Positions 1 through 9,803 of a stretch of DNA of 64,000 bases are shown in pieces. The notes under the pieces are model-generated. The model saw only the letters and a program-made list of their open reading frames with translations, was not told the origin of the DNA and did not search any database. Origin of the DNA: an uncultured Rubritalea sp. (GTDB lineage Bacteria; Verrucomicrobiota; Verrucomicrobiia; Verrucomicrobiales; Akkermansiaceae); the NCBI GenBank assembly GCA_937923145.1, contig CALAJT010000024.1, positions 3,563-67,562 on the forward strand. The letters run 5' to 3'. The translations under genes and the position numbers were made by a program. Within the stretch, counting starts at the first letter, position 1; each line of letters begins with the position of its first letter.

Positions 1-1543
1 TCAGGTCAGTTTTAAAGTAACTATTAGAGATGTCTCCATTAATTGCACCTTGTTCTAGTAACCATCTAGCATGGTAGCCTTCGGTCGGTAATACTGGATT
101 ATCTCTGAAGTCCAACGTCTGTTCTAATGCGAAACGCGTATTGAGATAATCATCAGGTCCGATCTCTTGTAGGGTGAGACCATCAGTCTCTAGTTTTACA
201 TATTCTAGCGTTCCTGAGAGCCTGGCTGCGTAGTAGTTAGTCGGTTTCCATGTGAAGGATGTTTCTAGACCTGTTAGGCTTTTTTTATAGCCTTCGAATC
301 TTCTTTGGAGTGCATATAGCCTTATTGTCTGGCTTATAGGTTCTCCTGCAAAGTATGGCTCGGTGAGGCTAATCTCACCGAGTAGTCCACGACCACTGAT
401 CTCTGATCTGATGTTAAGTGTCTGGAGTTTTTTGAGGAAATTCTGATTGGTATAGGACGAGCCTAAGACCAAGCCATCGTAGGATGCTACACCACCGTAG
501 GCCCGCAGGAATCTTGGCTTAGCTTCCTTTACTTGGAGCACTAGGTCGAGTTCTCTAGCATTCACCTTTTCAGGCATCATGCGTACTATCTCGAAGGCTC
601 CCGTGAGCAGTAGCTTTTTAGCCACTTCATTCGCCTTGGACTCATCATAAATTTGATCTTTAAGGGGCTCAATATATCGATTAAACCTACGAGTCTGAGT
701 AATCTTATTACCCTCGACGTAAATTTTACGAATACGATAGAGATTGCCGGAGTCGATATTGAATTGGATCTGAATACCAATAGGTTTTGTATGCTTGTGC
801 GATGAGCCAACGTCGATTTTGGCGAAATGATATCCATTATCGCGGTAAAATTTGTTCACAAGGTTGTTCATCTCAGTGATGTTCACGCTATTCGCGATTT
901 TACCTAGATAGGGGGAATAAATGGGTTGTAGTGCGGCTCTGTGCTTTGCTGATACTCCGGTAAATTTAGGTGGTAAGATTTGATGGATTTTGCCGCGTTC
1001 CATCTCTAATTGTATATCGACTTTACCACTTCTATGCTTGGTTATTTTAGTCACTCTTACCTTAGCGTCCCAGTAGCCTTCAGATTTGAGATAGTTCTCT
1101 ATGTTAATAGCTCCTTCAGTCGGGTAGCCATCTAGGAAGGGAGTGATTTCTCTTTTGGTCAGCTCTCTTTTCATTATTGGCTGAGTAAAGTAATCGTCTA
1201 GAAGTTCTTCAGATATAGGGTCATTACTCGTAGTGAAAATTCTACCTATTAGATATTTCACTCCGAGATCGACCTTGAGTAATATTTGATTATTACCTGG
1301 TAGTTCCCAGTCTACTTTACTGTCAGCATAGCCTTCCTTGATGAGGAGTTCTTTCATGAAGAATGCCGCGTCGTCTGCTCTCCACTCAGTAGCTGGGCGC
1401 TGTAGTATGAATTCCAATCTAGGCTGCATCAAACCACTCATCCTCTTTCTGAGAGATTCCTCCATTCCTGTAGCCACCACAGTAGCTGCCTCACTCAGAG
1501 AGAGCAGGCATAGGCTGATGAAGGTGATGAGATATATACGCAT
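1..1543 (-). CDS. tamA: Omp85 (BamA/TamA) family outer-membrane assembly protein, 3' end truncated by window edge
   Basis: Absent from the ORF track because it has no stop inside the window. The ATG at 1543-1541 overlaps the tamB stop (TAATG). Hand translation gives a signal peptide (MRIYLITFISLCLLSLSEA), POTRA-like segments (LIKEGYAD, YRDNGYHFAKI, IYVEGNKIT) and beta-barrel-like strands (LDFRDNPVLPTEG). Confidence 0.8.
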   Translation of the reverse strand, partial: MRIYLITFISLCLLSLSEAATVVATGMEESLRKRMSGLMQPRLEFILQRPATEWRADDAAFFMKELLIKEGYADSKVDWELPGNNQILLKVDLGVKYLIGRIFTTSNDPISEELLDDYFTQPIMKRELTKREITPFLDGYPTEGAINIENYLKSEGYWDAKVRVTKITKHRSGKVDIQLEMERGKIHQILPPKFTGVSAKHRAALQPIYSPYLGKIANSVNITEMNNLVNKFYRDNGYHFAKIDVGSSHKHTKPIGIQIQFNIDSGNLYRIRKIYVEGNKITQTRRFNRYIEPLKDQIYDESKANEVAKKLLLTGAFEIVRMMPEKVNARELDLVLQVKEAKPRFLRAYGGVASYDGLVLGSSYTNQNFLKKLQTLNIRSEISGRGLLGEISLTEPYFAGEPISQTIRLYALQRRFEGYKKSLTGLETSFTWKPTNYYAARLSGTLEYVKLETDGLTLQEIGPDDYLNTRFALEQTLDFRDNPVLPTEGYHARWLLEQGAINGDISNSYFKTDL

Positions 1544-4500
1544 TAATTAAATCTTAGAGCAAAGGTGAGGAGTCCACGGGTCTGTGGTGGCTGACCGTTA
1601 TCGAGCTGTGCTGTTAGATACCATCGGTCATGAAGTTTGATTCTAGCTGAAGCGTATTTTTCTCCAGTGAGTTCGTTGACCTCACCTACTTTCAGGTCGA
1701 GATCATCGATGCCGGAGAGAATTTTGCTGAATAGGCGATTACCTCCAGGTCGGTCATTACGTTGTTTTAATTCTAGTAGAAGTATCTGGAGTGTTTTGAA
1801 TGTAGCAACATCTCGATTTTCTAGCCCTGCATTAGTCGTGCCAGTAGCGAGCAGGGTCATGATTTCATTTTCAGGGAGTGCTGGGAGGGAACTGAGGACA
1901 ATTTTGGGGCTATCTGCTGAGCCGTAGACGTAGAGATTTACGTTATGCACACCCACTTGAGATTTACCTTTGATTTCTAGACTAGGAATAAAGCCTTGCC
2001 CTGGCTTGAAGATGATCTTCCCATTGCTGACCGTAAGAACACTAAATGGAAGCTTGGCTCTAACCTTATTAGTTCTGAGTGTGCCTTTTAGGCTAGGATC
2101 TGAGAGTGTACCATTGACCTTAACAGAGCCTTTAATATTCCCGTTGCCGATGTTTCCTTTTATCAGAATAGGGTCAGTAGTCTTCACTAGGACATTTAGT
2201 TTCCATTTGTCAAAAGGAGCGGGGATAGGTAATTTATCCGATTTTTTAGTGTCAATGGATGGTAGTTTGACAGCTCCTACCGCTGATGAAGGAACGCCTA
2301 TGGGGATAAGGTCGATGTCCTTGTAGAAGAGAGATTCTACGATGCCGATGTCGCCACTGATAGTAGCGTCTTCTAGTGTTCCTTTCAGTGTTATATTCGC
2401 ATTAGTCCTAGTTGCTAGGACATCATTTCTATAGATAAGTGCGTGATCTGTAATGAGGTTTACATCGAACACAGGCTTTTCAGGATCATTCACATCGATG
2501 TTAAATTTGGTGATAAATTTGCCGCCATTTAGCTTAGCTGTTAGATCACCTTTGGCGATCATGTTTTGGTCTAGCTGACCTTTGATATTGAGGTTTTTAA
2601 TGTCGTCGATCCCGGCGTCCTTGAGTCTTATTATTGGAAGGTCAGCATTAAAATCGATTGTGTATTCAGGTTTGTCTATAGAGCCTTTGAATACAGCCTT
2701 GGCATCTAACATGCCTTCTAGTTTTTCTACTTGAGGAATAAGTTTCTTGAATTTACCAAGAGGCAATCGCTTAATTTCGGCGACACCTTTGAGCTTTGAA
2801 TTTTTCTTAATGGTAGCTAGTAGGTTATCATCTTCTAGCCACTGGTGGGGGGTGAAGGGTAGTTCTAGATTTAGGGTCACTCGCTTTTCGTTGTTCTCTA
2901 GGATGTCTCCATTCACTTTTAGAAGCTGTTGTTCTGTTTTGAATTTAGAATCGATAGAAATTTCACCAAGACCAAGATCGAAAATGTCGTTCATTTTATC
3001 GATATCTATTATGCCATTAATAGCTGGGTTCTTAGGCGTCCCGCTAAGTTTCATATTCGTCTGGAGAGATCCTTTGAGATCAGGCATTTTACCTGCAGGG
3101 ATGAGTGAGGCTATTTTCTCTAACCTCAGTTTCTCAGTCTCTATACTAAGGACCCAGGGGATCTCTTGGGCGAAGAATTGCTTAGCGTTTATGATGTCGG
3201 AAGTATAAGGGATTTTGCCATTTATACTGCCAATAGATTCTCCATCACGTTTAAGATTAGAGTCGCGAATGTTGACCTCTTTGCCATTCCAGATCAGTGA
3301 TGCGCTGACCACAAGTTCCTCTTGTTCTATAGTTAGCTGCGCTATGTCTAGAGACTTCGGCCAGTCGTAGTTAGTTTGAGTATTAAGTCTTATTACAGCT
3401 TGACCAGGCTGTTTAGCTAGAAGATCACGAACGGCTAGTTTACCGGTATGCTCATCATTTAATAAATCGCCAGATCCGCTCCACTGTATATCTATTTTAT
3501 CTTGTAAGGTGACTGGTAAGTTTAGGCTTTCAGTAAGAGGGTAAAACCAAGCATGGTTTTTAATTTCTGCTAGTAGTTCTAAGTCTCCCGAGTATTTCTG
3601 AGTGTCGATATTGTATTTACCATCTATTTTAAAGAACTTGGCATTTTTATTTGTATTCTCAGGGATTAGTGTGAACTCCAGACTGACGTCTCTTTCATTT
3701 TCTAATGTGGACTCTATTAAGATATTAGGTAGGGGGTGTTTTTCAAAGCTCACTCCACTGAGTTCAACCCGCGCTTTAGTTAAACCTGGTCTGCCATTGG
3801 CTAATGAAGTTTTGATACTGCCTTCAACACTGGTCTGCCCGATGCGGATTCCCTGTGGAAGAGTCACATCATCCGGGATCAGGGCTAGTATTTCTTTAGA
3901 TGCCTGGACATTAAAATCTAAGCTTACGATCGTGTCATCCCACCAAGTAGGATCTGGTATAGCAGCCCACGTGCCCTTGGCATTTAGCATTACTGGAGCA
4001 TTGAGTGCAGTGGCATCGAGCTTCACTTCGTAGTTCTTATCGAATTGCTTAATACTAAGCTTAGTGTCCTTTAGATTAAACGTCTCCCATCTACCAGATT
4101 TCAGTAGTAATAAGCCATCAATATTCCATTCAGGAACGGCGAGGCTTAGATCATTTGTAGGTATGGTGATTTGGAGATCGGAGATAACCGCTTCACCATC
4201 TAATTCGGGTAATTCGATACCTAGTGACTTCAACGTCTTGAGTATTTCGGCAGAGACCATTTCACCAGACTCTAGTTTGATGGTAGCATTCTCAGCGATA
4301 TTCGCAGTGATGATGGCATCGTTAAGAGCTATTGTAGAATTACCTGAAAGACTAGTTTTCCAATCTAGTTGAATCTCTTTTAGAGCGAGATCAGGAACTA
4401 TTTCGAGACGATCTAAAGTCGCTCCATTTTGTAGCCACCCGATCACGGCATCTTGTGCTGGTAATGTGATGCCTGCTCCATTTGAAGCGATCCATTGGTT

Positions 4501-5112
4501 AAGCTTAATCTCGTCAGTTCCAGCATCGTGTTGGAGTGATTTGAGTTTCCACTCCGCTATTTTTTTACCATTATTGAGAACTGTGAGGTCGAGATCAGAG
4601 ATCGTAATTTCAGGTTGTAAGATTAGCGGGCGAAGACTCCTCAGAGTTTCTTTGATATCCTTCTCAGGTTTGTCGGTCGGTGGCTTTGGTTTAAATTTAG
4701 CGATGTCGATTTTAGCACGGATTTTATCGACTTTCAGGCTGTCGATCTTTCCTTTTATAACGTCTTGGATTTTGTAATTTACAGAAGTCTGATCAATCGA
4801 TAGTTCTTGGATTCCTTCCTTACCTGAGTAGTCGAGATCATGGACGCTAAGTCCTCCAAGTATAGTTCCCTGTATTTCTACTGAGCCAGTCATGCCTTGA
4901 TCCTCAAGGCTCTTGTTAAGGAAATGATGCACTACTTTACGAGCGATAAGTCCATTTACAAAATAGGCTAGGATTCCGACTACAACGATAAACCAAACAA
5001 GTCGTCTCAACCATTTACGTTTCTTCGACTTAATACTAGGCGTAGAATCTTCCACAGCAGCAGTGTCTGACTGAGCTGGGTTCGGGTCTTCTATGTCATG
5101 GGGAGTATTCAT
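1543..5112 (-). CDS. tamB: TamB/AsmA-like translocation and assembly module protein (DUF490-type C-terminus)
   Basis: 1189 aa with a single N-terminal TM anchor, long beta-rich body and TamB-like C-terminus (LSSLPALPENEIMTLLATG ... LLTFALRFN). Adjacent to an Omp85 gene. Confidence 0.85.
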   Translation of the reverse strand: MNTPHDIEDPNPAQSDTAAVEDSTPSIKSKKRKWLRRLVWFIVVVGILAYFVNGLIARKVVHHFLNKSLEDQGMTGSVEIQGTILGGLSVHDLDYSGKEGIQELSIDQTSVNYKIQDVIKGKIDSLKVDKIRAKIDIAKFKPKPPTDKPEKDIKETLRSLRPLILQPEITISDLDLTVLNNGKKIAEWKLKSLQHDAGTDEIKLNQWIASNGAGITLPAQDAVIGWLQNGATLDRLEIVPDLALKEIQLDWKTSLSGNSTIALNDAIITANIAENATIKLESGEMVSAEILKTLKSLGIELPELDGEAVISDLQITIPTNDLSLAVPEWNIDGLLLLKSGRWETFNLKDTKLSIKQFDKNYEVKLDATALNAPVMLNAKGTWAAIPDPTWWDDTIVSLDFNVQASKEILALIPDDVTLPQGIRIGQTSVEGSIKTSLANGRPGLTKARVELSGVSFEKHPLPNILIESTLENERDVSLEFTLIPENTNKNAKFFKIDGKYNIDTQKYSGDLELLAEIKNHAWFYPLTESLNLPVTLQDKIDIQWSGSGDLLNDEHTGKLAVRDLLAKQPGQAVIRLNTQTNYDWPKSLDIAQLTIEQEELVVSASLIWNGKEVNIRDSNLKRDGESIGSINGKIPYTSDIINAKQFFAQEIPWVLSIETEKLRLEKIASLIPAGKMPDLKGSLQTNMKLSGTPKNPAINGIIDIDKMNDIFDLGLGEISIDSKFKTEQQLLKVNGDILENNEKRVTLNLELPFTPHQWLEDDNLLATIKKNSKLKGVAEIKRLPLGKFKKLIPQVEKLEGMLDAKAVFKGSIDKPEYTIDFNADLPIIRLKDAGIDDIKNLNIKGQLDQNMIAKGDLTAKLNGGKFITKFNIDVNDPEKPVFDVNLITDHALIYRNDVLATRTNANITLKGTLEDATISGDIGIVESLFYKDIDLIPIGVPSSAVGAVKLPSIDTKKSDKLPIPAPFDKWKLNVLVKTTDPILIKGNIGNGNIKGSVKVNGTLSDPSLKGTLRTNKVRAKLPFSVLTVSNGKIIFKPGQGFIPSLEIKGKSQVGVHNVNLYVYGSADSPKIVLSSLPALPENEIMTLLATGTTNAGLENRDVATFKTLQILLLELKQRNDRPGGNRLFSKILSGIDDLDLKVGEVNELTGEKYASARIKLHDRWYLTAQLDNGQPPQTRGLLTFALRFN

Positions 5113-5270
5113 TGCATTACAAAGTTAGTAACGATCACTATTGGAGCAATGTATGTAACTCTAGCTAAGCTAAGCCTAGCTATCGCTAAAAGCAACCGAT
5201 GAATAAGCGCTAAGCAAGATTAAAATCGCTTCAAATTAAAATTGGACAGTGCTTAAAATATCTACACAGT

Positions 5271-6119
5271 GTGCGCATGACAACGACACTCACTTTAGCA
5301 AATATGGCGGACAATCTATTGAACTCCGCTATAGAGCAGGCAACGGTCTGGGGTCCTAAGTTGCTTCTGGCTATTCTTACGTTCTGGATCGGATGGAAAA
5401 TAGCAGGCTGGGCAGGGAGAATTATCGGCAGGGAGATCGATAAACGTGATATTGATCCTACCTTAAAGCCATTTCTCATTTCTGTTATTTCGTCTTTGAT
5501 AAAAGTAGCGGTAGTGGTGACGGCTATCAGTACTGCTGGAGTAGAGGCGTCCTCGTTTGCGGCGATTCTAGCCTCCATGGGCTTGGCGATCGGTCTAGCT
5601 CTTAGCGGGACACTACAGAATTTTGCTGGCGGTGTGATACTTCTTATCATTCGTCCATTTAAGGTTGGAGATGTAATCACCGTTCAGGGATTTACTGGTA
5701 AGGTAAAAGAAATTCAGATATTCCTAACAACAATCGTTACTGGAGATAATAAGCTGATCATGATTCCCAATGGAAAACTCCAGAACGACTCTATTACTAA
5801 CTTAAGTGCTCTTCCTGAGCGCAGAGTAGATTTCAGTTTCTGCATCGGATATGAGGACGATATTAAGCAGGCTAAGGAAGTGATTCTAGGTGTTATTGCC
5901 AAGTGTGAATTAGCGATGGAGATACCTGAGCCTACCGTAACAGTCGGCGAACTAGCAGACAGCTCAGTGAACTTGACGACTCGTGTATGGTGTGAAACTT
6001 CAGAATACTGGAATGTTCACTTCCATATAAATGAAGAGGTAAAGTTCGCTCTGGATGCCGCTGGTATTTCCATACCTTACCCTCAGAGCGATGTGCACAT
6101 GTTAGAAAAAAAGGCGTAA
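5271..6119 (+). CDS. mscS: Small-conductance mechanosensitive channel
   Basis: GLAIGLALSGTLQNFAGGVILLIIRPFKVGD, MIPNGKL and GISIPYPQ are MscS signature motifs. Confidence 0.95.
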   Translation: MRMTTTLTLANMADNLLNSAIEQATVWGPKLLLAILTFWIGWKIAGWAGRIIGREIDKRDIDPTLKPFLISVISSLIKVAVVVTAISTAGVEASSFAAILASMGLAIGLALSGTLQNFAGGVILLIIRPFKVGDVITVQGFTGKVKEIQIFLTTIVTGDNKLIMIPNGKLQNDSITNLSALPERRVDFSFCIGYEDDIKQAKEVILGVIAKCELAMEIPEPTVTVGELADSSVNLTTRVWCETSEYWNVHFHINEEVKFALDAAGISIPYPQSDVHMLEKKA

Positions 6120-6127
6120 AGGAGCTA

Positions 6128-6439
6128 TTAATCCTTAAATTTGAAGTTTTTGAGCAATGCCTGAAACATGTCTGTAAGCATGCTTCCTATAGTGACTTTC
6201 TTATCGCGCGAGTCTTGCGCACCTGCTTTCGATAGAATCCATTTCACTCCCATCGGCGCATAGTCTTTAGAAACTCCCTTACCGATGAGAAATTGCTCTA
6301 GTTTGAATTTAGAAATCCCTCCTTCGATTTTCTGAAGAGCAGGGGCTTGCCACATCTCTACGATCTCCTGGTCACTTAGCTTCTCAGTAGAGAGATCATT
6401 TACCAGTTTTTCGTAGTTGGCTTTTTCTTCCTTATTCAT
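6128..6439 (-). CDS. Hypothetical protein
   Basis: 103-aa ATG-started ORF that fits the gap between neighbours and has normal protein composition. No family recognised. Confidence 0.6.
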   Translation of the reverse strand: MNKEEKANYEKLVNDLSTEKLSDQEIVEMWQAPALQKIEGGISKFKLEQFLIGKGVSKDYAPMGVKWILSKAGAQDSRDKKVTIGSMLTDMFQALLKNFKFKD

Positions 6440-6472
6440 CTTAGTTTAGTGACGTATTAAGAGGGTGATTTC

Positions 6473-6892
6473 TTAGCCAGACACAGTGGTTCGCTCGTTC
6501 CTGTGATTCACAAACCACATGAGTAAAAGCCAGAGTGTCATGATCACTAGTCCTCCTGTCTCATTACCTGCAGGATTACGCTTGGCGAATTCTTCTGGAG
6601 CGATAAAGCAGAAAAGAGGTTCGTTCCAATTAATCTGAGTCGCTCGAAATACAGCTAATCCGAATGTTAGAATCGAGAGAGCTAGAAAGTAACGAGAAGG
6701 TAGAGGGCGGAATACATTATAGAAACAGATGATGGCTAATATAGCATAACCGATCAGCCAAGCATCCATCAGCCATGCTGCTGTTCCATATTGTGTCACA
6801 TCATTCGTCTGGAACGATGAAAACATTCCAAACAATAAAAATCCAAGTATGCTTACAACGATTCGTGAGATTGATATTTTAGCTTTTACCAT
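6473..6892 (-). CDS. Small membrane protein, TMEM220-like (transmembrane 220 family)
   Basis: Four hydrophobic segments, Q-x-ND after TM1, WLIGY, and NETGGL before the last TM resemble bacterial TMEM220-family proteins. Confidence 0.6.
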   Translation of the reverse strand: MVKAKISISRIVVSILGFLLFGMFSSFQTNDVTQYGTAAWLMDAWLIGYAILAIICFYNVFRPLPSRYFLALSILTFGLAVFRATQINWNEPLFCFIAPEEFAKRNPAGNETGGLVIMTLWLLLMWFVNHRNERTTVSG

Positions 6893-7004
6893 AGGGATAA
6901 TGTAATTCAGATTGTCCTATTTCAAAGTAAAAATTGAGGGTCTCTATATTATTTAAATATGATCATTTGCATAGAGCTAAATCGTAGTTAGAATCACTCA
7001 GATT

Positions 7005-7166
7005 ATGGCAGTTGATCCTTTAAAACAACAAACTAAGATATGTCCAGTATGTCAGCGACCATTTCATAATCGAAAGAAATGGAACTCGCGTGGAATCTGG
7101 GATCAGATCGTGTATTGTTCAGATAAATGTAGAAAGAACTCTAAAAATGAAAGAAAAACACATTGA
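7005..7166 (+). CDS. DUF2256-type small Cys-rich protein (53 aa), not in ORF track
   Basis: Hand translation: MAVDPLKQQTKICPVCQRPFHNRKKWNSRGIWDQIVYCSDKCRKNSKNERKTH*. The CPVCxRPFxxRKKW...YCSxxCR pattern matches DUF2256. Confidence 0.85.
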   Translation: MAVDPLKQQTKICPVCQRPFHNRKKWNSRGIWDQIVYCSDKCRKNSKNERKTH

Positions 7167-7473
7167 AAACCTCACTAAAGGCAAGAAATCTGGAGCGAAT
7201 ATCGGCTCTAGAGGAGTGCCGCACAGGCTCAATCAGCACGAGCAGAAGCAATTCAATATAGCGATCAAGCGTCGGTATATGACACTTTCATTTGATAGCA
7301 GACCTAATCTTAGAAATATTTGGCTGAAGTATGCAGAAGCTAAACAGTGGACATGCCTAATAGTACGTAGAAATCAAGACGGTTCTGCAGCTGTGGAGCA
7401 CGGTAAATCAATGCTGAAATTCGGTGATTACAAGCTAGCTAGTTCTTATGCTAAAGAGTCTGCTAGCAGCTAA
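7147..7473 (+). CDS. Basic hypothetical protein (GSRGVPHRL motif)
   Basis: The likely start is ATG 7147, overlapping the end of the DUF2256 ORF, rather than the track's 7090. Function unknown. Confidence 0.6.
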   Translation: MKEKHIENLTKGKKSGANIGSRGVPHRLNQHEQKQFNIAIKRRYMTLSFDSRPNLRNIWLKYAEAKQWTCLIVRRNQDGSAAVEHGKSMLKFGDYKLASSYAKESASS

Positions 7474-8375
7474 AATAATTGAAAAAACTTCACAAATTCG
7501 ACCCATTCTTGGGTCGCTTGATTTAGGCTGATCGGCTTGAACTGAATAATTGTATTAGGTCTAGCTTGAGTAAGAAGTGGGAGATCGATCCTTGCTATAA
7601 TTCCTATTTTAGCATATCCGCCCTGAGTTTGGCGATCGTTGAGTAATACGATGGGATTTCCACTTGGAGGTAGCTGAATGGCTCCTAGGCTGATACCTTC
7701 AGAGATAATTCCTGATAGTGGGGGGAGTGGTTGATCGGCTGTTAGGTTGATTCCCATTCTGTTAGATTGTTGACTGATGGTGAAGTTAGTTTTAATGATG
7801 AGATCTGTCAGTTCTGAATCCTGACCGTCTGTTAAAATGACTCGGAGTTCTTTGATGGAATCGTAGTCTGGGATATATTGACTAGGGGTGCGTTTCAGAC
7901 CTCCGTTGGATTTCGCATTATAGGAATAACCGATCTGTGTTTCAGATTTGAGTAGTTCGCCGATTTGATTTCTTACTACGGTTGAGCTGCTGCCCAGAAC
8001 TTTAGGTGCTTGAAAACCATGCTGGATAGCTAGGTAGGTATGGATACCTTTTTTAGCGTAGTTAAGTTGGAGTGTTTGCCCTTTTTTGATGAAGTGGCAG
8101 CTCCAGTTTGTAACGGGTTTGCTGTCAATTCGCGCATTCATTTCTGCACCTGTTAGAGCGATGAGGCAGTCGACCTCAGCTCTCAGGGCACAGTTACCGT
8201 AGCTGATTTCTATCGTGGTAGCATTGGCATCATTCTCTAACAGATAGTTTGCCCAGCAGTGGGCATGGAGATCGATAGGACCTCCTTGGCTCAAGCCCAT
8301 GTGGGAGTGACCGAATCTTCCTAGGTCTTGGAATTGCATTGCTGGTGCGGCGCGTATTATAGTTAGGCGGCTCAT
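7470..8375 (-). CDS. pxpC: 5-oxoprolinase subunit C (allophanate hydrolase subunit 2-like)
   Basis: QDLGRFG, IEISYG, SNRMG and DRQTQGGYAKIG motifs. Overlaps pxpB by ATGA. Confidence 0.9.
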   Translation of the reverse strand: MSRLTIIRAAPAMQFQDLGRFGHSHMGLSQGGPIDLHAHCWANYLLENDANATTIEISYGNCALRAEVDCLIALTGAEMNARIDSKPVTNWSCHFIKKGQTLQLNYAKKGIHTYLAIQHGFQAPKVLGSSSTVVRNQIGELLKSETQIGYSYNAKSNGGLKRTPSQYIPDYDSIKELRVILTDGQDSELTDLIIKTNFTISQQSNRMGINLTADQPLPPLSGIISEGISLGAIQLPPSGNPIVLLNDRQTQGGYAKIGIIARIDLPLLTQARPNTIIQFKPISLNQATQEWVEFVKFFQLF

Positions 8376-9052
8376 ATTATTCCTCCTTTTTCTAGGAATA
8401 CTTCCTTAGTGATAGATTTAAAATTTACGGTCATGCCTATTTTAAATGGTGTGATGGGATCTAACTTAAGATCGTATAAACTGGCAGGACAATTGCCTAT
8501 GATAGACCATCCACCTGGAGAGGCGTTTGGATAAATGGCAGTCTGGTGATCTGCTATTCCGAGGCTTCCTTTGGCTACGTTCTTAGGAGTCTGAAGTCTA
8601 GGTGTCGCTAACCTAGGATCTAGTCCAGCTAGGTAGGCAAAGCCTGGTGCGAAGCCTAGACTAGTGACCCTGTAGGTAGTTTGGCTATGGATTTGCACTA
8701 CTTGGTCGATCGTGAGGTTATTTTTATCAGCTAAATCGATGAGGTCTGGTGCTACATCTGGATGGTAATAAATGGGTAGTTCTAGATGATTATTTTCGAG
8801 GTGTTTGTATTGGAAAGCGGACAGTAATTCTCTTATTTCTTTCTCTAACAGTCTGGCATCGGTTTTGAGAATGTGAAATTCTATGAAGAGTGACGTGTAG
8901 CTGGGAATGACCTCTGTTAGATCATTCATCTGAGATCGTAGTAGCTCGGTAAACTGAGCTATTTCGAGTGCTAACTCAGTCTCTATAACGTCGCCAAAGT
9001 AAATACATAGGGTAGTTTCTGACTGATGGACAATGTGTTTAATTTCCAGCAT
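8372..9052 (-). CDS. pxpB: 5-oxoprolinase subunit B (allophanate hydrolase subunit 1-like)
   Basis: EVIPSYTSL, GFAPGFAYL and YPNASPGGWSIIG motifs. Confidence 0.9.
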   Translation of the reverse strand: MLEIKHIVHQSETTLCIYFGDVIETELALEIAQFTELLRSQMNDLTEVIPSYTSLFIEFHILKTDARLLEKEIRELLSAFQYKHLENNHLELPIYYHPDVAPDLIDLADKNNLTIDQVVQIHSQTTYRVTSLGFAPGFAYLAGLDPRLATPRLQTPKNVAKGSLGIADHQTAIYPNASPGGWSIIGNCPASLYDLKLDPITPFKIGMTVNFKSITKEVFLEKGGII

Positions 9053-9686
9053 AGAGAGTCTTTAGGGCTAATACTGATGCTGGATTATCACCGTGGAAGC
9101 ACAGCGTGTCGGCTTTCAGTTTATTAATTTCGGTAAACTGAAGAGCTTGATCTACGATTTTGTCTTGGTCCAAATAAAGGGCACCTTCTTGAGAGCGGGG
9201 GACTAGTGACCCATCCGATATGTATCCTCTATCAGCGAAAGCCTCTCTGATCACAGGAATAGACCACATACTCTTTATTGCCGGGACGATGAGAGGAATA
9301 TTATACTTTTGAGCAGTCCTTATGAGTGTATTTCGTACATGGTGCTGCTGGATCATGTCATGATACAGCGCACCGTGAGGTTTGATTGAGTAGAGAGTCG
9401 TCCCTAGCTGTTCGCAAATATTCTGAAGTAGCTGAACCTGCATATCCACTAAGAGGAGCGTTTGCTCATAGTTAAGTGACTGGGAAATACGCCCGAAATT
9501 CTCTTTATCAGCGTATCCTGGATGAGCGCTAATTTTAACCCCGTGTGAGATAGCAAGCTTCACAGTCTCTGCCATGTGCTCAGGATTCGATGCGTGTGAG
9601 CCGCAGGCAATATTACCTATGTCGATGTAAGGCATGATGTTAGCATCATTACCTGTCATTTCGCCTATGTCCGCATTAATGAGCAT
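9039..9686 (-). CDS. pxpA: 5-oxoprolinase subunit A (LamB/YcsF family)
   Basis: INADIGE, NIACGSHA, AHPGYADKENFGR, KPHGALYH, EAFADRGY and LCFHGD motifs. Confidence 0.92.
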   Translation of the reverse strand: MLINADIGEMTGNDANIMPYIDIGNIACGSHASNPEHMAETVKLAISHGVKISAHPGYADKENFGRISQSLNYEQTLLLVDMQVQLLQNICEQLGTTLYSIKPHGALYHDMIQQHHVRNTLIRTAQKYNIPLIVPAIKSMWSIPVIREAFADRGYISDGSLVPRSQEGALYLDQDKIVDQALQFTEINKLKADTLCFHGDNPASVLALKTLYAGN

Positions 9687-9803
9687 GTTCTTAGAATCAA
9701 TGGCTGAAACATAGGGTATCTGCTTTAATTCACAACAGGAAAGGGGATTGTATTTTAGGTATTATCGCATTTACTATCTGCTGGATTCGATTATTGGTGG
9801 TGC

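Noticed and set aside
5160-5220. Repeated GCTAAG/CTAGC words between tamB and mscS
   Set aside because: Short and irregular, and in line with the general CTAG/CTAAG richness of the window.
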